A stretch of DNA of 64,000 nt from Lingula anatina. Lineage: Eukaryota > Animalia > Brachiopoda. The stretch spans positions 8,432,001 through 8,496,000 of the forward strand of contig CM120641.1 of NCBI GenBank assembly GCA_051362555.1. Reading direction: 5' to 3'. A program made the translations under genes and the position numbers. Under the pieces are notes generated by a model that saw only the letters and a program-made list of their open reading frames with translations, ran no database searches and was not told the DNA's origin. Below, one piece after another: positions 13,286 to 27,900 of this stretch. How positions within the stretch are numbered: the first letter of the stretch is position 1; every line of letters begins with the position of its first letter.

Positions 13286-13490
13286 GGAACTCTGATCCAC
13301 TTGCTCAAAATCGCACGATTACTTAGGTTAGCTCGCCTCCTACAGAAAATGGACCGATACTCTCAATACAGCACTGTTATACTCGCCTTGCTCATGTCTA
13401 CGTATGTGCTCATTGCTCATTGGTTGGCATGCATTTGGTATTTAATTGGAAAAGAGGAAATAAATGCAAATGGGGCCAATTGGACTGTAG
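13286..13490 (+). CDS. KCNH8: Elk K+ channel exon: S4-S5
   Basis: ttcag|GGA...GTA G|gtaaag; [28 protein letters not shown]...AHWLACIWY. Confidence 0.95.
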
Positions 13491-15306
13491 GTAAAGTATT
13501 CAATAAAAATTATGTTTAAAAATTTTATGATGTTGCATTTACATTATTTGGTACTTCAGTATGTAGCAGTGCAGTTGTTTTTAACATACAGTATCTCTGA
13601 AAGTATGAATTATGTTGTCATTGTCCATATTTTAAGTCTTAAACATGACAATGATGTTTTATTAAATATTTGATATGCATGTGGTGTCTCTTTTTAAAAG
13701 GAGTTGTTGAGTTTAAATTTAAAGCAGTGCATGATCTGTATTTTATTTTGAGATGCTTTATAATTCTGTAAAATAAAAAAGCATGTTTGTCAGTTAAAAG
13801 TAAATTTTAAGAACATGTATTTAGTGTTAATATTGCTTTCTGTGATAATTTTAGATCAAGTTCACGTAAGATCTCTTACTTAATACTATTAGGCTATTAG
13901 CCACTTGTACTAACTTAATAGATATATTTGAAAATGGAACCTTATTTCATTTTCTTTCTGATGTTAAACAAAACCCAGCAGACTTCTATCCAATTTTGTC
14001 TTAAATTTACTTATGCTATCTTACAGCATGATTACATTTATCCATAGGGGGATGGAACGTAATGGGATATTATTGACTTTTATTGTAAAATGGGATTTCT
14101 TTAGGTCCTGTCCCTCTCACATCTGAGGCAATAAATAAATTAAATAAAGGATACTGCCTCAAAGAAATAAGATCTTCATGAATGTACCAATGTCCTTAAC
14201 CCAATGTTTTAAAAGAAATAGAAAAAATAAAAAAGTCTGATGCAATATGTATGTTTTTACAAAATTAAGTTTGTGTAAAACCTTTGTAAATTTGAATAAC
14301 TTCTTTTCCTAGGTTGGATCTTTGAGCTAACAGAAAGGATAGACCTGCCCGTGTATAACAAGTCTGATATTCCTGATGTTGCCACTTCATATTTGACTGC
14401 ACTGTATTTTACAACAAGCAGCCTCACTAGTGTAGGCTTTGGCAATGTATCAGCCAACACCAATGCTGAAAAAATATTCTCTATCTGTGCAATGTTAGTT
14501 GGAGGTAAGATTGGGTTGTTTGTTAACAACAGTGTAAGATTATTTGTGCACGGTTCATAAGAATGAAAATGAATTTTAAGATTACACTTAGTATACATTT
14601 TTATTACAACATTAAATCTGCAAAAATATTATTTCTTTTCTAGCCCTCTTAAGATTTTCAGTTGAAAGAAAATCCCTAGGTACTAGATTTTCCAACCTGC
14701 CTTCATTAACAAATTTATAGCATGCAGTCCAGTTAATGGGAAGCTTTAAATAGTTCTAGTGAAACCTGAACCAATTATTGGGAAGAAAATGATGACACCT
14801 GGAGATAATGTCTACCTTTAATTGACTTGTTCAGTGTTGATTTCATGTGTTTCCACCTGCTGCATTGATCAATATATTGCTCCAAGATATTTGAAATTTG
14901 CCTTGGAAATGTGGGGTCTTCCTTCAAGGCTTCACTTTTGACATCAATGATTTAAATGTTATTTCATTCCCAGTGTTTTGGAAATGACAGTCTGTGTATA
15001 TCTCTAGGTGAAATATTTTTTGTTTTTTTTATGTTGGCTTCCAGTGTTTTATAGTACGCAGTTCTGTATTTGGCTAACAAAGGATCGTGGGAATTATTAT
15101 GTACAGACATAGTGTGTCTGTACATATAGCCATCACTTTCATATGTCGTCTTTGTTGTAATCATTGCAGTTTCCATGCACTTTTCACTGTTAAATGCAAT
15201 AAATGGAGGCACATGCACTGGAATGATTCATAACACTTGAATACAAGCCAAGTTCAAGTAGCAGCTTTATTGGACTTTTTTTAATTTAACCAATTTATTT
15301 ATCATT

Positions 15307-15344
<38 letters not shown>

Positions 15345-15946
15345 TGTGAATGTTTATGAATTTTTTTCAATGTTTGGCACACTGGCATTTTCATGGTTTG
15401 ACTTGAAACTCCCGTGAACTTGAAGCTCTGTGGAAGTAACAATTTTTGAATGTCTACATTAGCAGTTGTACGCAATTTAAAATTGGTGGTGATTTTGCTG
15501 TTAGGCATTATGTTATATTATTTTGTGCATTGTCATTATTATTTTCTGCTTAATGTCTGTACATTTGACAGCTTTGCTGCCTTGTTTTTTTTATATTGAA
15601 TTTGTAAAACTAGTTCTTTGGTGTGTGAGTGTGTAAATACATATTTTCTTTTCATCGTACTTTAACGAAAAGCGATGTGTTCGATTTGCTTGTTTCAGCT
15701 CTGATGCATGCTGTCGTGTTTGGTAACGTGACTGCCATTATACAGCGCATGTACTCACGACGGCAAACCTACCACACAAAAACACGAGACCTCAAGGATT
15801 TCTTCTGTACCCACCACATTCCCAAACCCTTAAAACAGAGGATGCAGGAGTTTTTTCAGACCACTTGGTCTATCAACAATGGAATAGACCCCATTGAGGT
15901 AAATGCACTATAATGAACTGGTTTTTAAATATCGTTTTAAAAGGAT

Positions 15947-15980
<34 letters not shown>

Positions 15981-18900
15981 ATGTTCATGTACTCATTTAA
16001 ATTAACCAGTTTGTATTTATTTGTAACAAAACTCTAAAAAGAAAAATCATACCAGAAAAAGGCTTTTTTAACAAATTGGTGTTAAATAATAATTCTTGTG
16101 CAGATGTTTGCAATATAAGATTGCTTATTCGAAGCAAATTGTAAGTGTATAGCATGGGAAAAAGTGTATTCATCCCCTAGCTGTGTAAATACTTTCAATA
16201 TACTTATCATGACTTTAATGACATGGATGGAAATTCCCTTGCTATATGATTTGAATTTATCCTTTCCTGAAACTTGTAAAACCTTATTTATGACAAGTTG
16301 ATACAGAGGTTAACATGGGCTGAATGTGAAGTTTAATCTCCCATCAATTGTTCTTTATATTCCTGTTACAAATGACTGGAATTTATGTACAACAGATGGC
16401 AAACATAAAATGAATGTCTTTATGATGCATGCCTCTTAGTTCAATCATTCACATCCCTGATTTTCTGACCTTTTAGATTTTGCACAAAATTTATAAGAAT
16501 CGGATTTGATTTATGGAAATACTATTAGATTTATTGAGCAAAAGGAATTCAGCTGATTATTAAGACATTTATCAACAGTGAATAATGTTTTAATGCATTT
16601 GTGACTTTTTAAAGAATAGTAATACAGATGGGCATTCATTTTTTTCTAGGAAAACGTTTTGGAATTCATCATATTGATATTTGATATTTCATATTGATAT
16701 TTGAAGGGAGATTATAGGATTGCCTAAGACCCCATTTACATAGCTACCATCGGTCTACATGGATCGACCCAACTTTGCAGGGGCTGCCCTAAGTGCAATT
16801 AGCTTAACTGAATGTTATGTTTTTTGTTTCCTATATACTTGTTTAATCACCAGCTTTTCTATATTCTGCTTAATGCCAGGAGGAAGTGTGTCATTCAGTT
16901 AAGCTAATTGCAGTCAGCCTGAGCAGGCACGTAGCCAACAATTTTAAAAGGGGGGGTCTTTTTCTGAAAAAGTGGACCTTTTCCCATAAAAACTTAATGC
17001 ACCAAGATAAAATTTTACCCAGAGTGGACCTTTTCCCAGCAAAAGGGGCGGTTCTTTCGAACCCCCCCTGGCTATGGGCCTGGTGAGTCACCACAGAGTT
17101 GGGCTGATCTACACAGACTGATGGTGACTATGGGAATGGGGCCTTAGTTATATTCGATGACTTTCTTATGTTTCCCATTATAGCTACGTAACTGACATTA
17201 CTAACTGTATTAACTTAAGTACGTTGTTGGCTTTATGACAAATAATTAATACATCCTCAAACCCAAGGTAGTAGGAAATTCGTTTTGGTAGTAGTTTGCA
17301 GGCATTTTAAGCTATGGTTGAATCTCTAACCAGTCCAACAGATTTTGTATAAACTACACTCTTTATATGTATATTGGTTAGATTGATGTAAACTGATGTC
17401 AAAATAGCAAAATGAATTTTCTTTATATATCGTTACCGCACATCATAGGCAAAACATTTTTAAAGACAGCCTTTTCATGTCTTGACATTTAGCCATCACC
17501 TATGTCTATTGTCCCCATTGCTGTACATACCACTTTTATTCAAAACAAAATGGAAGGAAAGCCATGGTACTTATTATGTTCAAATACAAAACTGGTGCAC
17601 AGGACTACATACAGCATGAGTTCAAAATCAGCCGGAGTTTGAAAACTTGCCTGATAGGATTAGTGCTTTTTCTTTCAATATTTATTTCAATGATTTTGGT
17701 TAATTGTTAGGTCCCATAAATTTGTATATTGTGGTATTACTTTGTCAATTGTCGATGTTTTCACTGATAAAGGTTGTTTATCCATATATATGTCAGCTTT
17801 ATATAGTTGGCTTGTTCAGTGAAACTGATATCAAGCTGAAAGTAAGATTATAACTTTTAATCCAATTATAATCACTTTCAAACATTTGACAAAATGTACA
17901 TGTCAGCTATATCTAGTAGTTAAAATGTATAAGGCCAAGGCCTTGAAAGGGGCTCTTAGTAGATGTGGTTAGCTGTGAGAGCCTTAGGAGATTGGGAAAT
18001 TAAGTGGAACATCTATTTGCTGGCGTATTTCCTCAGACATGCTGTGATCATTTTCTTCCATCAAGTCTATATTAACACTACACATTATAAGGTAGATTGG
18101 GACCCAGTGACCTTTAAGTTGGGGTTGAGTTTAGAATTGAGATGTGTGTTATTGCTTTCTTTGTTAATTATACCTGGAAGATATAAGTATCGCAATCTTG
18201 ATTAAACAGCTGCCCTTCAGTATTAATGACATCCACTTTTAAGGATGATTATGAGAAAATGTTTTAATTTTTTTAAGTTTTATATGTACCAAACAAGCAA
18301 AAAGATACAAAAAATGTCATTAATGAAAAATGTAAATGATACTTTGAGATGTAAAATTCTGTGGAGTATATATCATATGTTGTATAAAGTGTTTTGGTAG
18401 TGTTGTATGGCTGTAGGGCAGAAAATGCCTCAAATCATCATACATCCATGAAACATATTTTTCTTCATCTCTTCATCCAGGTATGATTAAATTTTTGAAT
18501 ACTAACACCATTTTTCAATTGTATTTAAGCTTAATATATAATGTTTCTTTTAATGCATTTGTGGTGTTCTTACAGCATTGTCACTAAGTGCATAAAAAAA
18601 GGAAATGATCTACGGTCCTGGATAAAAAATTTGAGTGACTAACACAAAGTGTTTCTGTGTGTATCTGTGCTTAGTTCTTGGAAACAAAGTGGTTGACATG
18701 GAGAATACCAAGCCAGATGGGAGTCAAGTGTTTTATGCACACAGTCTTGAACCATGAAATTGGTTGTCATAACATCACAGGCGTTTTCCGTCAGTTTAAT
18801 TCATATATGTAGTTCATGAATGGTTCTGACATATTTTGCTTGCCTGGTTTATCCATAAAAACCTTGAACCCATATCTGACATGATGTGGTATCGTGATTG

Positions 18901-21900
18901 TATTCAGTGGCATCCATTCCATGTATTTCACCATTAGTGACATCTTTTGGTCCTTTGTAAAATTTGAAAGGTTTTCTCCCAAGGTGAAGAGAAATGACAT
19001 GAACATTACTATATGTTCTAGTAAGCACACAATTAGAGTTAGACCTCTATCTATCTATTTATCTATATATAAATGTAATTGCTTTTGAGCTTTCAACCAA
19101 ATCCGTATACCATATATCAAAAATTGTTCATTAAATTACACTCTATTTTTGGGCCTGAATTTTCTACTTTTTTTTTTCTTTTTGTACTTATCATGAAGAT
19201 GGAGACTGGTGACTTTAATGCTTGATGAATAATTGGAAATTAAGAATCCAAAAATCAGATGTATTATATGTCATGGTTATCTCCATGGTTTAAGAAAGGA
19301 TATACAGGGGCTTTTTGAAATCCTTTTTAACCAGCTTATCCACATTTTCTCCCTGACTAAAATATGCAGTATATGTGGCACAGTTAACTTCAGATATATC
19401 ATTTCTAAGTGGAGCTATGTGTATATATTCATTGATGTTTTGTGATATCCAGATGCATGATATCTGGAACCCCATACACTATTTGTGAGTAGAGGAATTA
19501 TTGTTCAGAGTTTTAAAAGAAACTAGTTACAACTTCTACAAATGCAAGGATCTTTCCTATTTGCCCATATGTATATGGAAACAACAGTGTCAACGCTGAT
19601 GTATTGTCTTAAGCTTTGACAGTCCTTGTAAGACCATATGTCACATCAATCGATCTTATTCTTTCAGATTTTGAAAGATTTCCCAGAAGAGTTGCGAGGG
19701 GACATTTCAATGCACCTCTACAGGGATATCCTCAGCTTGCCTATATTTGAGACTGCCAGTCAGGGTTGTGTGAAGTCTGTCTCCTTGCAGATTAAGACAA
19801 GTTTCTGTGCACCAGGGGAATACCTTGCTCACAAGGGAGATGCCATCAACTATATCTACTACCTGTGCAGTGGTTCCATGGAGATTCTGAAAGATGACAT
19901 GGTGGTGGCCATTTTAGGTGGGAAGTGAAATATGTTATTGTGGGCCTTCAGTTTATGATTGCTTGTGATGGTAGATATATCTGGATAAATAATTTTGGCC
20001 TACTAAATTTTTTTCTCACTAAGTCAAGATGGAACTTGAACTCTGTGTAGCTAGCTATGACTGCCAAGGCAGTGAAGAGATTTTATTGTGTGAGTAGATT
20101 GTAGTCAGTTGACACATTTTAGTTCAGTACTTTATCACATACTAGCTATGGACTAACATGACAATGCAGTTAATATGTATACCTTTTGAAAGCATTAGAC
20201 TGATTTGTTTTCAGAACAAGAATACAACATGGCCTTTTCACATGACAAGCACTTAAAATTCATCAAAGGATATTAATTTACTACAAATTCATTTTTACTT
20301 TACAGGCAGTGTCTTGAAATTTACTCTTATATTTTTGTAAAAACATTATTTTACAATTGAGACATTCCCTTCATTGGATGGCTTCCATGCTTACTCAAGA
20401 AATCCTTCAAATGAAATTTCTCACTTGCTGCATTTTTCTGATAACTTCGATTAAATTATCATTTTCCATATAGTGCCACAAATCACAATTGTGATACATG
20501 ATACTCATTTCAATGATCAAATGAAGACTACCATATACCGTAATGACTTGTTCTTTTCAATAGGGAAAAATTCTCAATCTTCTAGATGTGTTATTTTGGA
20601 AGCATTAAAAATATATATTTGTTTAGCAGTTATGGTGCTTTTACTGTACAGAATAGGGCTATAAGGTAGCATTCTTTTCAATTTTGTTGCTACCACTCAA
20701 TTGGAATGTTCTAATTTTAAGAATTATGACTTAAAAAGTACAGTATCTGAAAAGTTTTTAATTTCTCCATTAAAAAGATTGAGTCATTACAGTATTACAA
20801 AAATGTTCCACGTTATATCATTCCTTTGATAACCACAAAATACAAATTTATGTGAAAGTGATGATCCCATACCTGTCAGTGCAAAAAATTAAACCACTGA
20901 ACTTGTTTCACTTGTGTAGTTGGCACCTTGATCAAAACACTGTTCAGTAATTAAGTTTGGTTTCGGTCATATTTTTTACAGCAGGTATCGGATTACGCGT
21001 CTTTCATGATTTCTAACGGCACACAATAACATTCATTGTCTCATTCCAACTTAAATGATGTTGGACCCTAGATTATGCAAAAGGCTTATATATACATGTA
21101 AGTGTTCACAAGGACATCACTTCCAATAGTTGATCATTGTCATTCAGTATAAAAATTACCATTGCAATTGATCAGTGTTATGAAAAAGCCTAGCCTAGCT
21201 TTTATCGTGGCAAATGATATCTCCTGTTAAAGAAAAAATGCAAAGATTCATGTTGAAAGCATTGTAGATATTTATACAACATATTGTTTTAGTCCATACC
21301 CCATTGATTATCAGTTTTAATGAAAAGGCTAATGTTGATCTTTCTGGGTAAAACCATTAGTTATTACTTGTTTTGCACTTTTTATCTGGGGGTTACCTTG
21401 CAGATAAAACCAATGTGCGGTTAGAGCAGTCTGCACTAATTGCCCTACTGTGAATGTCCAGGTATCTCATGATATGATACAATTGTGAACAAAATTTACT
21501 GTAAATTGGTGCATTGTATTTGAAAAAGTGAAACAATGCAGAACTGTAGTGAAACAGGAGTTATGTAGTAAATAATGCACTGTCCACGAGCCCGATATCA
21601 CGATAGCAGGCCGAGCGCCAGCGAGGCATGCTATCGTGGATATCGGGCGAGGGGGTAAGAGTGCATTATTTGTCATACATAAAAAGGGAAATCTTGCGTA
21701 TTCCCCACCCAAAACCCCTAACTTTGAATAGAACACGCTGATATCACCGCGCATGGGGTGATATCAAAGAATGGACTTTCCCCGCGTTTACTGCCTAATT
21801 GCGGTCACCGTCCAATCATCTTCGTTTGCGTTAGTGGTTTTCTGAGTAGTTGGCAGATTTCCTGCCCATCTTCCGCACGTGGCAGTCACTCCGTCTCATT

Positions 21901-24900
21901 CATTGTATCGGTCCCTGCAATCCTTTTGTTTTGATATCAGCCCCGTGGTATGTATATGGAGATACATCAAAGATTTGTTCCTGCAGAGGCTTGTGCATTG
22001 TTTTGGATGATTGGAATACATAATTTATATGGAAATTGCTCATTTTAATGAGGCAAATAATTGTATTGACTGTATGTGTAGCATATTAAATGATCTTGGA
22101 AAAAATGAATCTTTTTCGATATCTTTGGTAAGAGGCATGAACACCATTTTGAATGGAGGAATGATGTTCAAAATGCTATTGACTTAAAGCCTGTTCAGAA
22201 CAAACTAGTCTGTGGATCAAATGTGACACATACATGACAATGGATTCCTGCCTCCCACATGTGCTGCCCTGCAGGGACGGAGCAATGAAATCTCGGCATG
22301 CTTTCAAGTGGGTCTCACCATATTTCAATTTTATCTGGAAATGAGTTAGTCTGGGGATCAACTGGTTCTGAACAGACGCCTACAGGTCTAAGGTCATTCA
22401 AATGAAAATCTGAGGACCCTTGGTTTCACAGCTTTTTGCAGATAAGCAGGCGACAGTGAAAATATCTTTCTTGTTAGCATCACATAGCATTTATTATATT
22501 GCAGGGACACATATTACAAGAGTATGTGAATTGTAATAATTCACTTTTTATCTGCTATCTTATGCCTTGATAGAGACTGTTATTACACTTTTTTGTGGGT
22601 AACAAACATTTCTTAAGTATAATTGATTGGCCTTTAGGATGATGATGCCGATTACATTCCAAGTAATGATGCTTCCCAGACAGGAAATAATTGTCTCCAT
22701 TCTTAGGTTGCGATCGCCAACACATTTGAAGTCAATTTGTGCCCTGGTTGATGTATCGTGTCATGCATTTTTATGGCCATATAACACATATGATAGGGAA
22801 GTTTCATGACTAGGATCCAAAATGGGCTATTAGTGTATACTTAATGCACAGCAGATATTGTTTCCTTTTTTGTTTATGCTTGGTGCAAGATTTATTGAGG
22901 TATCTGGATCCTTTCAGTTTTACTAATAATATAAACATTCTGTACCCAATCAATTTTAATTGATAAATCAGTCTCATATTAATTGCATCAAAGGCTTAAG
23001 TTCCAGATTATCAACATAACAGCAGCACAAATCAAAAAATAGTACAATACTTGTCCAAAAGCTTTTTGCACAAAAAGACCCAATAAAGAATCAAGTTTTG
23101 CTTAAGCATATATCATTTTATGATAAACACAGTTTACTTTTTTTCTTTGGGAGGGGGGATAACATATTGTGTTCAATTTTTTAACCATGTTATATTGCAT
23201 ATTTGTTTGCAGGCAAGGGGGACCTGTTTGGCTGTGACATTGACTTTGAGGACATGGTCAACAAATCCAGCTGTGATGTCCGCTCTCTGACCTACTGTGA
23301 TCTGCAGTGCATATGTATTAAGGGACTACTGGAAGTACTGATGCTTTACCCAGAGTTTGCTGAGAGTTTCACCAATGATCTGCAGCATGACCTAACTTAC
23401 AACCTCAGAGAAGGCTATGAGGTAAGGTCATGAAGGAAGACAGTTTGCTGTAGTACATTATATCACCTTTTTTGAGTTTTTCTTTCAATTTCTTATTTAT
23501 GTATAAATCTTTAATATGTGGCATATAATAAGGGACTACGGTGATCAACATAGCAATAACAGGTAAAGCTGTCAGTGTTTTAAGGTGCCATGTTTATCTG
23601 TTGAAGAACCCGAAGTAGTTTTTCAACTGTAACTCTATATTCTTGATTAGGTGTAGATAGCAGTTGGTTTGAAGGTTTTAACCTTAAAACTGCATAATTT
23701 TGGACACCCTTGTCCACCCTTGTCCAAAAATGGCAAAATTAAATGCTAATTATCTACCCTACGGAAGGAATTATGGGAAAAATTTCTACAGACAGCTTTC
23801 CAAAAGTCATATGTCTAGATTTCAAATATGCCCTTGGATTTGACCTTTGACCTTTATTTCAAGGTCAAACGGGCCAAAATTTTCAAAAAAATGAAATTTT
23901 TTATGAAAAAAAATTATTTGCGCTGTTATTCAGACACTACACAGACTTAACCAATAATATTATTGGAAAGTGTTACCCTTCGGGTCATCTTTCATCTCCG
24001 TTAATTTTGGGTCAATCGGTGCATTTTCATAAGATACTGAAACTAAAAACTGTCTCTAATTCGGGAACCATTAATGCTAGAGACCCAATCCTTTTTTGCA
24101 TTTTGTAGAGCATGTAAAGCCCAACACTGAAGGTGGTCTCCATTTTTTTGTATTCCATACGGTTTTCGAGTTACGCTGTATCAAAAAGTACATATTGGTG
24201 GTGAAAGCAAAATGTGCTGTACGGTAATGGATAATAAATTTTGAACCCCGGGAAAATAAAACATAAGGCTTGGCGAGGCAGACAACTTTTGGTCAAAAAT
24301 GACATTATTTCATGAAATTTGAACATCTGGAACTACTGAGCACCTCCCATTTCAAGAATTTCAACCAAAATGACCTTTTCTTTATTTTAATAAATTTTTT
24401 CTGTAGGAAATTTATGGCACATTATTGTAACTCCAAAATTATAACATTTAATCTCTTATATCTCCAAAACTGGCAGAGATAGGTCCATAGTTACTATTGA
24501 ACTTGAATAGGAAGTCATATACTGGCAATCTAAATGTGACCTTGAAATTGACCTTTGACCTACTTTTTATCATGAATTGAACTTTGCAAATTTTGGTTCC
24601 CTTTTATCTCCAAAATTGGCAGAGATAGGTCCATATAGTTACTATTGTACTTGAATAGGAAGTCATATACTGGCAATCTTAATGTGACCTTGAAATTGAC
24701 CTTTGACCTACTTTTCATCATGAATTGAACTTTACAAATTTTGGTTCCCTTTTATCTCCAAAACTGGCAGAGATAGGTCCATAGTTACTATTGAACTTGA
24801 ATAGGAAGTTATATACTGGAAATTTACTATGACCTTGAAATTGACCTTTGACCTACCTTACAATGAACTGAACTTTGATTGTACCATTTTTAGTTATATA

Positions 24901-27900
24901 TTTTTTTGCATATTTAGAGAATTCTTGTTGATTGCATTTTTTATAGCTTGTCAAGCACAAGACTGGTGGTGGTGTCCCTTTTTTGGTGGGGGGGGGGGGT
25001 ATATACAAATGCGCTTACTCCAGCTGGTGGTACAATATCCGGAGGCGGTATCGCCTCTCTGATCCTATAGTTATATGATGATATTATAACAACCTTTTTT
25101 ATATAAAAGTTTTTAAGCCTGATTTTAGTTAACAGGATATATAACCTTAAACCCTAACCAGACTGCCCACTTAGATGGATTGATTATGTTAGGCCAACCC
25201 AGCTAGACTAGAAACATGTCTGTAGGTTTGTTTTCATGCTGAATCTTATATTAAGGTACCTTTGAAAAACAAAAAGGTAGGCTCCTATAATGTATCCATG
25301 ACATCCAAGAATGAAAATAAATGAAAATATCAAAATGCAAAGCAAATTGTCAAACCAAGAGGTTAAAGACAGGTTTTAAGTTACCAGTGGAGATAGAAGA
25401 TCATTATAAAAGCCTGGTATAAAGCTACTAATGAAGAGAGGAGATCATGTGTACTGTTAAAATCCAATTAAATGGAGAGCTTTTTTTTCTTGTGTCTACC
25501 AGTAGCAGTATGTTGCCAACTTGAATAACAATTTGCATCCTTAGAATTAGAAGAGAACCCAATATGTTATGTAAAGTATCAGGTATGAAGCTTGTATCCC
25601 AAGGTTACCATTTACTGTACAAATCGTAATGATCATGTCAATGATTTTACATTACAGCCAGAAGAAAGTGAGATGAATGGAGTGCCCTCATTAACACTGC
25701 CATCTATCACAGAAGATGATGAAGATGAAGAAGAATTGACAGAAACCCCACTCTTAACCCCAACATCGATGTCGCCACCTACTGCCCGTAGAGAAAACAA
25801 AACATCTAGCAGTAAAGATAACTTACCAGGGTAATTTTTCCATTCTCTATGTTCCTCCTTTAGCATTGCTTTGCTGAATTTAGTCACCCATTAAAAAAAG
25901 TTTGTTAAAATTATGACACAATTAGCGCAGAGTTTTTTTATTACTATAATTTTGCGATAAAGTCCTTAGCTATAGCATCTGAGACGCTAAAACAGTTCAG
26001 TAGTATGCTATATCTGACATTGTCAGTCAAATTTAATATTCAGACAGTTGCCAGCCCAGCCATAAGATACCTGAGTATATAGGGAGGGGGGTATGCAAGG
26101 TTGGCTTAATGCTGGGTTGGCAAGTATTTAACTTATAATAACTGATTTTATAACACATATTATGCTACAAAAATATTATTTTTATTAAAGTGATCTTACT
26201 CAAAAGAGCTGATGCTCTGTATGTCCTTAGAAGTGAAGAAAAAATCGAGCATAATTTGCTTGCTCTGGTTGTATTTAATTTTATCTTTCTCAGTTTGACA
26301 GCATCTCGGGGACATGTTACAACAAATAAATTAACAAGTTTAAGAACCAGGTACACTTGTAGAAAAATTTTCTTATGAATTTCCTTGCCTGTACATGTAT
26401 TTGTGACTTTGATTTTATTGCTGTTCAAATACAAGGGCTCATTTGTATGAATCATTATTATTTGCACAATTTGGCTGACAATTTATTGCATGATCTGTAG
26501 AGGTCATTAGTGCTGTGCATTATTGTTGCATTTTGCTATCAGCAGTGACTTTTATTAATGTAAAGGAAGGGAAATGCATGATAAGTCCCTTGCCTTGGAT
26601 GTTGGATTTGACAGTATTGTTTCTGTCTTGATTGATGTTATTGTACATGCTTGGTGAATATGTGCAACACACAAATTTCAGCATTTTTATCGTGTTTACA
26701 GACAGCATGTTGGCTAGCATGACCCAGGTGCTAAAATTGTAATTGATCCTACACAAACCTTCACACTTTGCCTTGGCTGATTTCATAACGGTAAAAAGAA
26801 ACTCTGTTCACAATGAAACATCATCTGTTATTTGCAATAATCAGACACTCACTAGCAATAGCTCAGCAATAGACCACATATTAATAGCTGCAACCCATTT
26901 ATTCAGGTGGATTCCTGCTTGGCTGACGACTATCTGCTTTTTTCAATCAAGCATATAGATTTCTTTATCATGTTTTTTTTTTCTTGCCTGTGTGAAGTCA
27001 CCGTAAAATTCTCAACCATTTAATAGTCAATATGTCTATAGATGTTTGATGTGTTTGAAACTGGTGAACACAGCATCTGGTTTACCAGCACAGAATAAGA
27101 ATTAGATGAAGTGACTTTGAAGTTGAAAATGATTTACCTGCATTCATGTTTTTCTCATGAATTCTCCAAGACGAAAATGCATTTGGTTTTTATGTGGAGT
27201 ATGAATACTGGCAGCTTAGATGTATAATTATAATCGATTTGTAGAGCTACGAATTAGAAAATAAGTATAGATGCATAGTACTTCTTAATGCACCTATGAT
27301 AATGAATTAACTGTTTGGCTTCTTTTTAAATGACAAAATTCTTATTAAGAAATGGTTTGGAGCTTTTCTGTGAGCCTATTGATGGTGAAACAAAAATTTA
27401 ACAATAAGATATCTTTTATTCAATGAAAAATTATTTTTGTTCCTGCAAATGTGACAAAATAACCACTATTAGATTAATAATATGAATATCTTAAAGTTTT
27501 TAAAAATTGATAACAGGTTGAAAAGAATTTGATACTAGAATAATTCTGTTGCTTAGTACAATTGCCTTTCAATAAGATAGTCAAACAAAAAGTGGTTGGA
27601 AAAATCAAAAATGAGAACATTAAAATTGAATCATAATCAACAGTAAAGGCTGTTGTTGTTTTTGTTTTTGTTGATTATATATTTGTTTGTTTACTGACTG
27701 TTGTTGTTGTTATATTGTTATGTACAGGACAAAGTTCTTCAAACCTGGAGTCAAAGCCAAAACCGTAACGTAGGTGTACAGTACCATATGAACACCTGAT
27801 ATGCTGCAATATGTGAAGTACATGTCATGCATGATATTTTCAAATGCACAGCTTTGCCAAGGTGTGAATTAAAGTAATATTAGCAGAAAAACGCTAGGTT

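Noticed and set aside
27728-27773. Possible extra Elk micro-exon (tacag|GACAAAG...|gt)
   Set aside because: In the required phase-2 frame it ends in TAG, or has a length that shifts the frame of the next exon; unsupported without RNA data.
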